A stretch of 64,000 bases of DNA, from positions 40,655 through 104,654 of the forward strand of contig DASCOT010000236.1 in the NCBI GenBank assembly GCA_036012155.1. The letters run 5' to 3'. How positions within the stretch are numbered: position 1 is the first letter of the stretch; each line of letters opens with the position of its first letter. The stretch is from Acidobacteriota bacterium (GTDB taxonomy: Bacteria > Acidobacteriota > UBA890 > WLXD01). Positions 58,415 through 64,000 of the stretch are shown piece by piece. A program made the translations under genes and the position numbers. The notes under the pieces were generated by a model. That model did not search any database. It was given only the letters and a program-made list of their open reading frames with translations, and was not told the DNA's origin.

Positions 58415-59332
58415 TCAGCAACCACGCAGAGCCAACAGCAGGATCGCCAGCACCACGACGATACCGCCGACAATGAGAGTCGTCCGGTTCCGCGCCGTAG
58501 CTTGCACGCGCGCGGCGGCTCCTTCGCCGATCCTTCCCTGCAGAGCGGGCACCCGCAGCTCGAGGTCATCCAGCGCTGCAACCAAAGCGCGTGGGTCAGC
58601 GAAGCGCTCGCGCGGGTTCTCTGCGAGACAACGCAGAATCAACGGGTCGATCTCGGGCGGCACTTCGCCGCGTACCTGACTCGGAATACGAAACCCGCCA
58701 ACCGGCAGAGTTCCGGTGAGCAGCTCGTAGCCAACGACACCCAACGAGTACACGATCGATTGTTGATCCGGCGCAGCGTCAGGGGTAGCCATGCGCTCGG
58801 GCGCCAGGTAGCGCACCGCTCCGAGCGAGTGCAGCGTTGCGGTGGAGCCTGCATCCATTCCCGCCGGCGCCATCGGCATGCCGACGTCGATGACCTTCAC
58901 AGCGTGACCTTCGCCGTGGACGAGGATGCGATCCGGATCGACGCCTTCACAAGGCAAGCCCTTGCCGTGCGCATGTCCAAGGGCTCTGGCGGTGCCACGC
59001 AGCACGTCGATCACGTCGTGCGTGTCGAGGCGCCGGTGCGCCAGTACCTTGCGAAGCGACGAGCCCTTCACGAACTCCATCGCGGCGTAGGCGCGGTCCT
59101 CGTGCTCACCGCAATCGAGCACGTCGACGACGTTCTCGTGGTCGAGATCTCTGGTAGCCGTCAGGATCTCGAGACGTCGAGCGCGCACGGCTTCCGGCTC
59201 GCCGGCCGGTTACAGCAGGATGGCAACGGCGCCTCCGCCATCGCCAGCCGCCTTATAGACCTCGCTCTGCCCGCCTTCGTCGAGCCTCGCCTCGACCTTG
59301 TAGCCACCGATCCTCTCGGGTATCTCAGTCAT
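58415..59332 (-). pseudogene. Ser/Thr protein kinase-like gene with in-frame TAA at 59210-59212 and degenerate catalytic motifs (pseudokinase-like)
   Basis: Minus-strand translation MTEIPERIGGYKVEARLDEGGQSEVYKA...AVAILL*PAGEPEAV..HENVV...YAAMEFVKG...DVG...APE: kinase N-lobe and C-lobe in one frame split by TAA; HRD replaced, DFG is DVG; start ATG overlaps FHA gene stop. Confidence 0.6.
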
Positions 59333-60629
59333 CGATCTCGATCACCAGGGTCACAGCACCGACCCGCAGCTTGTCGAAGTCATTCAAGACGACGCTATCG
59401 CTATCCACGGGCTCATCGTTGAGCCGCGTCCCGTGAGTGCTGCCGAGGTCTCGAACGCGGAATTCATCATCTTCCTACAGGATGGACAAATGTCGCTTGC
59501 TGGCAGCCGGGTCGGAGAGGACGAGGTCACATTCGGGATCGCGCCCCACCACGAGGTCGCCGGCACCGAGCTCGAGTGAGTCCTCGCGACCGGTTCCCTC
59601 ACTAACGACAAGTCGAGCCGGCGGCGGAGAGCCTGGGTCGCGAGTCGAGCGATCGGGCGGCGAGATCTCGAGGGTGCGGATCGGGAACGGAATGACGATG
59701 TCGTTGCGACGGAACTGTTCCCAGATTTGGGTGCGCAGAGCGCTCTCGATCCGCCGCAGCGGGCCCATGTCGTCCACCCAGGAGCGCAGCTCATAGGTGA
59801 TCGAGCTCTCGTCGAAGTTGTTCACGTAGACCTCGGCGCTCGGTCGCGCCAGCACACCGTCTACCTGACCGGCGGCCGCGAGCATCGCCGCCTTGACCTT
59901 GTGGGGCGGGGTGAGGAAATGCGCCCCGACATAGATCCGAGACATGTGTAGCGGATGTGGATACAGATAGTTGGTGAGGGTCTCCCTCGCCATGTTGGCG
60001 TTGGGGAAGATCACCGTGTCGTTCTGGCGCGTACGGATCGACGTGGTGCGCCAGGTGATCTGCGTTACCCGTCCCTCGTGCTCCCCCACCTGAATCCAAT
60101 CGTTGATACGGAACGGCCGCTCGAGCGCGATCACGACCCCGGCAAAGAAGTTTGTCAGGATCGGCTGCAGCGCCAGACCCAGGACCAAGGAGGTAACGGC
60201 GCTGGTGGCGAGCAGCGGCCCGACATTCGTATCCGGAAACGCCACCGTCACGATGGCCGCTCCGGAAACGGCGTAGATAAAGAAGCGCGTGACCCGCGGC
60301 AACAGCGGCGGCACCTCGATGTCCCATTGGCGCCTCAGCAGGACCTCGTAGCCGAGGTAGGTAACACCGCGGATCACCATCACGATGAGGAAGAACCAGA
60401 TGATCGCTGCCAACACGCCGACGCCGCGATCCATGTCGCCGACTCCCGCCACGTTGGCAATCGCAACGCCGAGAGCAAACGCCACTAGCGAGACGGGCAG
60501 TCCGAGCGCTCGCATGGCCGGGTAGCGGCGGCGCAGAGCAAGAAGCGCGACGTAGACCACCGCTGCGGGCACGCCTCCGGCGACCAACGTCGCCGCCAGG
60601 CTCCCACTGAAGTCGCTCGGCATGAGCAC
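59325..60629 (-). pseudogene. MscS-family mechanosensitive channel fused to C-terminal FHA domain, interrupted by in-frame TAG at 59475-59477
   Basis: MscS core (TM helices, beta domain) then FHA start LVVGRDPECDLVLSDPAASKRHLSIL, TAG, then same-frame FRVRDLGSTHGTRLNDEPV...VTLVIEIDD completing the FHA domain. Confidence 0.65.
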
Positions 60630-60701
60630 CTTCCCTCGCAGGCCGTGGTGGATGTGGTGGACGTGTAGCGGCGCGATTCTAGAGCGTCCGGCGTCTGGAC
60701 A

Positions 60702-60733
60702 CTACTCGCTGCGCGACGCTACTCGCTGTGCGA
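60702..60733. repeat. Tandem 17-bp direct repeat CTACTCGCTG(C/T)GCGA x2 upstream of MscS-FHA operon
   Basis: Read directly in 117-nt intergenic region 60630-60745. Confidence 0.5.
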
Positions 60734-60745
60734 GGACAGCTCGGC

Positions 60746-61720
60746 TCAGTCGAGCAGGCCGTGCTCGCCCATCCAAGACTCGTTGAGCTTCGACAGGTAA
60801 CGCTCACCGGAGTCAGGCAGCAAGGTCACCACCAGTGCGTCATCGGCGGCGCCGCGCGCTACGCGCCGTGCCCCGACGACCGCCGCCCCGCCTGACGAAC
60901 CGGTAAAGATCGCCTCGGTACGGGCCAACTCGAGGACAGCACGATAGGCGTCCGGATCGTCCACCGTGATCACCTCGTCGATGTAATCCCACCACACGGT
61001 CTCGGGCATGAAGTCCTCGCCGATACCGTCGATCAGATACTGGTGGATCTGCTCCTCCGGCGGCATCTCACCGTGGTCTTTGTAGTAGGCGTAGATCGAA
61101 CCCACGGTGTCCACACCCACGACTCGGACATCGGCGTTCTGCTCCTTCAGATACTTGGCCGTGCCGCTGATCGTGCCGCCGGTTCCCATCCCGGTGACCC
61201 AGTGGGTGATGCGCCCCTCGGTCTGTCGCCAGATCTCCGGGCCGGTCGTGAGGTAGTGAGCCTGTGGATTCGCCTGGTTGTAGTACTGGTAGGGCAGATA
61301 GGCGCCCTCTTCGTCGCGCAGCCGCTCGGCGACCTTGTAGTAGGAACGCGGATCGTCGGCGTCCACCTCGGTAGGACAGAGGATCACCTCCACACCGAAA
61401 GCCTGCAGCAGCGCCACCTTCTCCTTGGGAATCTTGTCGGCCGCGGTACAGACCATCCGGTAGCCCTTGAGGATGGCGGCCATGGCCAGGCCCAGGCCGG
61501 TATTGCCGGAGGTCGGCTCGACGATCGTGCCGCCCGGCTGTAGCTGCCCGGATTCTTCCCCGGCGGCGATCAGCGGCGGCCCGATACGGTCCTTGACGCT
61601 CGATCCCGGGTTGAACGATTCGATCTTGGCGACGAGCTCCGCACCTTGCGGCCAGAAGCGCCGCAGGCGCACCAACGGCGTGTCACCGAGCGCTCCCAGG
61701 ATGTCGTCGAGAATCTCCAC
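60746..61720 (-). CDS. Cysteine synthase / cystathionine beta-synthase family PLP enzyme (CysK/CysM-like)
   Basis: PLP-lysine motif NPGSSVKDRIG, glycine-rich loop PTSGNTGLGLAM; probable GTG start at 61720 giving 324 aa. Confidence 0.75.
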   Translation of the reverse strand: MEILDDILGALGDTPLVRLRRFWPQGAELVAKIESFNPGSSVKDRIGPPLIAAGEESGQLQPGGTIVEPTSGNTGLGLAMAAILKGYRMVCTAADKIPKEKVALLQAFGVEVILCPTEVDADDPRSYYKVAERLRDEEGAYLPYQYYNQANPQAHYLTTGPEIWRQTEGRITHWVTGMGTGGTISGTAKYLKEQNADVRVVGVDTVGSIYAYYKDHGEMPPEEQIHQYLIDGIGEDFMPETVWWDYIDEVITVDDPDAYRAVLELARTEAIFTGSSGGAAVVGARRVARGAADDALVVTLLPDSGERYLSKLNESWMGEHGLLD

Positions 61721-61806
61721 CAGCTCGCTGCTCCAAGTACCGCCGGCGGCGGAAGTTGCGGGTATAGTGGCCCCCTGACCACACTCCCGCCAGGCAACGG
61801 CCAGGG

Positions 61807-62175
61807 TTGGGGGCAAGTTACCACGTCAGCCGGGAGCGCATTGTCGTGCGCAACCCACCGAGCGACATCGGTCCGGCGGAGTTGATCGAGCGCCTTGGCG
61901 GACCAAAGGAGACGATCATTCTCGACGTGCGCTCCGCCTGGGAATATCGTCGGGGGCACCTGCCCGGAGCCCGGCGCACCCCGCTCTGGAAGGCACTCCT
62001 GGCATCAACCGCTGCGTCGTTGCGAGGCTCCACCGAGATCGTCGCCTATTGCGATCTGGGTCCACGAGCCTGGCTGGCGCGCGCGTTCCTGGAGCGCCGT
62101 GGCATCGGCGTTCGACTGTTGCGCGGCCACATGTCGCGCTGGCGACGGCGGCGGTTACCGCTCGCGGACAAGTAG
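61807..62175 (+). CDS. Rhodanese-like domain sulfurtransferase
   Basis: ILDVRSAWEYRRGHLPGA and active-site loop CDLGPRA (Cys-containing CX4-5R loop). Confidence 0.6.
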   Translation: MGASYHVSRERIVVRNPPSDIGPAELIERLGGPKETIILDVRSAWEYRRGHLPGARRTPLWKALLASTAASLRGSTEIVAYCDLGPRAWLARAFLERRGIGVRLLRGHMSRWRRRRLPLADK

Positions 62176-62185
62176 CCGGTGGCGG

Positions 62186-62797
62186 CTAGTCGAGCAGCCC
62201 GAGGTTGCGAAGTTGTTCCGGCGGGCAGCCTCTCCAGCGCGAGACGTACTCGTTGCCCATGTACTCGAGGTCCTCGATGCCCATCTTGCTGGTCCAGAAC
62301 CCAGTCGCCGTAAGATCGCGGAAGGCGTTGAAGAAGGCCACGCCGTGGCGCAGCTCGTGTGGCGCACCGGCCGGCCAGGCGATGGCATCGAGCAGTTGCT
62401 CCCGCTGCGTCGCGCCGCAGGCGACAAGGCGCTCCCCGTAGCGATCATGCGCCTGGCGGTCGAGCCAGGCGAGCCCGCCGCGCATTGCTACCTGGCGCTC
62501 CGGCTGGTCGGCCATCATGAAATCCATGAACTCCGGCACGCCCGCCTCTGTGGCGCTTCCAGAGCGCTCATCAGCGGGAATGATGATGTCGACCAGCTGC
62601 TCCACCGTAGCGTACTCGTGCGCCGTGAAGAACTGCGGCACGTAGCTGTCCCCGCGCTGCGCGGCCTCCTGCAGGGCGGCCGCCGCGCGCTCGCTCGCCA
62701 GCACGGCCTGGGCCGGTGACCATGCCAAGCTGGCCGTCGCGGATGCGAGCAGGCCGAGTGCCTCGCGGCGGCTCAGGTCAGGCGTCCGTCGACCCAT
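62186..62797 (-). CDS. Gluconate 2-dehydrogenase subunit 3-like protein with Tat signal
   Basis: Twin-arginine motif SRREALGLLASATASLAWSP; family-typical small subunit preceding a GMC flavoprotein. Confidence 0.65.
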   Translation of the reverse strand: MGRRTPDLSRREALGLLASATASLAWSPAQAVLASERAAAALQEAAQRGDSYVPQFFTAHEYATVEQLVDIIIPADERSGSATEAGVPEFMDFMMADQPERQVAMRGGLAWLDRQAHDRYGERLVACGATQREQLLDAIAWPAGAPHELRHGVAFFNAFRDLTATGFWTSKMGIEDLEYMGNEYVSRWRGCPPEQLRNLGLLD

Positions 62798-64000
62798 CAG
62801 AGATTGCCTCGCTGCATCTCATCGGCAATGTACTCGCCAGTGCGCATGGCGAGGGCGAGAATCGTCCACGTGGGGTTCTTGTTGGCCTGCGACACGAATG
62901 GCCCGCCGTCGGCGACAAACACGTTCGGCGCGTCGTGTGCCTGGCAGAACGCATTGAGTGCCGAGGTGCCCGGATCATCGCCCATGCGCACAACCCCGAG
63001 CTCGTGGATGATGCGGCCTCCCGGCTCGATCCCGTAGCCTTCCGACGCATCCGGCATCGGCGTCAACGGCGTGCCGCCCATAGTGTGGATGATCTCGCGG
63101 AAGGTCTCCTGCATGTGCCGTACTTGGCGGATCTCGTGCTCGCTCCACTGGAAGTGAAACTTCAACACCGGGATACCCCAGCGATCGACCGCCTCCGGGT
63201 CGATCTCGCAGTAGCAATCGTCGTTGGTGACCATCTCGCCGCGACCCGCGAAACCGATCGTAGCGCCGTAGTACTCGCGATACATGTTCTTCAGGTCTCG
63301 TCCGTAGCCGCCACCCCCCGGATAACGGTGAATGCCGGACATGAACCCGTACCTGGGCAGCGCGCGACCACCGCCCATCTCGACGTGATAGCCGCGCGGA
63401 AAGTCGAGCCGACGGTTATCGAGCCACCAGGGCATGTACAGGTGCGAGCCCGCGGCACCGTCCTCGTTGTGCGGGACACCTCCCGCAAGCGCTGGAATGA
63501 ACCCCCGTACGCTAGTGCCCGTGCTGTCGGTAAGGTACTTGCCAACGACGCCACTGGAGTTAGCCAGACCGTTGGGAAACAGACCCGACTTCGAGTTCAG
63601 CAACAGCCGCGCCGACTCACAGGCGCTCGCCGCAAGCACCACGATGCGGGCGCGGACTTGCTCGTCGCGCCCGGTGCGCTTGTCGACATATGCGACCCCG
63701 CTCGCCCGTCCCTGTCCGTCGACCGTCACCTCACGTGCCATTGCGTCGGTGATCACCTGGAGCCGACCGGTGGCCAGCGCCGGAGGCAGCAAGACCGAAG
63801 GTGTGGAGAAGTTGGAGCCCGTCGCGCAGTCGCGACGACATTGGCCACAGTAGTGGCACGCCGGGCGGCCATTGAGTGGCCGCGTCAAGATCGACTTCCG
63901 AGACGCAACGCACGGGATGTTGAGCCCGACGCAGGCGCGCTGAACGAGCTGTTCCCAGCAACGGGGCTCGGGAGGTGGCTGGAAGATCCCGTCAGGATCG
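62797..64000 (-). CDS. GMC family FAD-dependent oxidoreductase (5' end beyond window)
   Basis: GMC C-terminal signature HELGVVRMGDDPGTSALNAFCQAHDAPNVFVADGGPFVSQANKNPTWT; upstream frame stays open to position 64000. Confidence 0.8.
   Translation of the reverse strand, partial: DPDGIFQPPPEPRCWEQLVQRACVGLNIPCVASRKSILTRPLNGRPACHYCGQCRRDCATGSNFSTPSVLLPPALATGRLQVITDAMAREVTVDGQGRASGVAYVDKRTGRDEQVRARIVVLAASACESARLLLNSKSGLFPNGLANSSGVVGKYLTDSTGTSVRGFIPALAGGVPHNEDGAAGSHLYMPWWLDNRRLDFPRGYHVEMGGGRALPRYGFMSGIHRYPGGGGYGRDLKNMYREYYGATIGFAGRGEMVTNDDCYCEIDPEAVDRWGIPVLKFHFQWSEHEIRQVRHMQETFREIIHTMGGTPLTPMPDASEGYGIEPGGRIIHELGVVRMGDDPGTSALNAFCQAHDAPNVFVADGGPFVSQANKNPTWTILALAMRTGEYIADEMQRGNL

Noticed and set aside
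1-64000. CRISPR arrays, IS elements, integrases, rRNA/tRNA genes
   Set aside because: No regularly spaced direct repeats, terminal inverted repeats, transposase/integrase-like ORFs or rRNA/tRNA signatures were seen on either strand

Overview
This is a 64 kb high-GC (by eye) bacterial chromosomal segment. It is almost entirely protein-coding, with about 55 supportable CDSs. I found no rRNA or tRNA genes, no CRISPR array, and no transposase or integrase genes.

The gene content points to an Acidobacteriota-like (possibly Gemmatimonadota-like) genome. The strongest clue is a PadR regulator followed by a duplicated FtsX 'ADOP'-type orphan permease. Other consistent families are multiple secreted PQQ/BamB-like beta-propellers, DUF5916, an LVIVD beta-propeller, CsgG, and a TetR-controlled RND efflux operon.

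The main accessory-like region is a tightly packed run of 14 genes on the + strand (7558-24345). Its core is BamB-like propeller - HemN-like radical SAM - BamB-like propeller - TonB-dependent receptor - flavin halogenase-like oxidoreductase (WxWxIP motif). This core is followed by DUF3311 + sodium:solute symporter, GT4 glycosyltransferase, hotdog thioesterase, ABC ATPase, a 1147-aa FtsX permease, and an alkyltransferase-like (ATL) protein.

Other systems in the window:
- An Ada-like AraC-Ogt regulator whose stop overlaps the start of a PLP-dependent decarboxylase.
- Two tandem PhzF isomerase genes followed by a GNAT acetyltransferase gene.
- A multicopper-oxidase/CopC/amidohydrolase/CsgG/GT2/phosphorylase array on the minus strand.
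- A TetR + OMF-MFP-RND efflux operon.
- An MscS-FHA + Ser/Thr-kinase operon.
- A cysteine-synthase/rhodanese pair.
- A gluconate-2-dehydrogenase-like subunit-3/GMC oxidoreductase pair.

The most unusual observation is three premature in-frame stop codons in genes that otherwise read as intact and homologous along their full length: TAG in the ADOP permease, TAG in the MscS-FHA gene, and TAA in the adjacent kinase. There is also an isolated GspG C-terminal remnant. Several AT-rich intergenic patches carry perfect palindromes that look like PadR and TetR operators.
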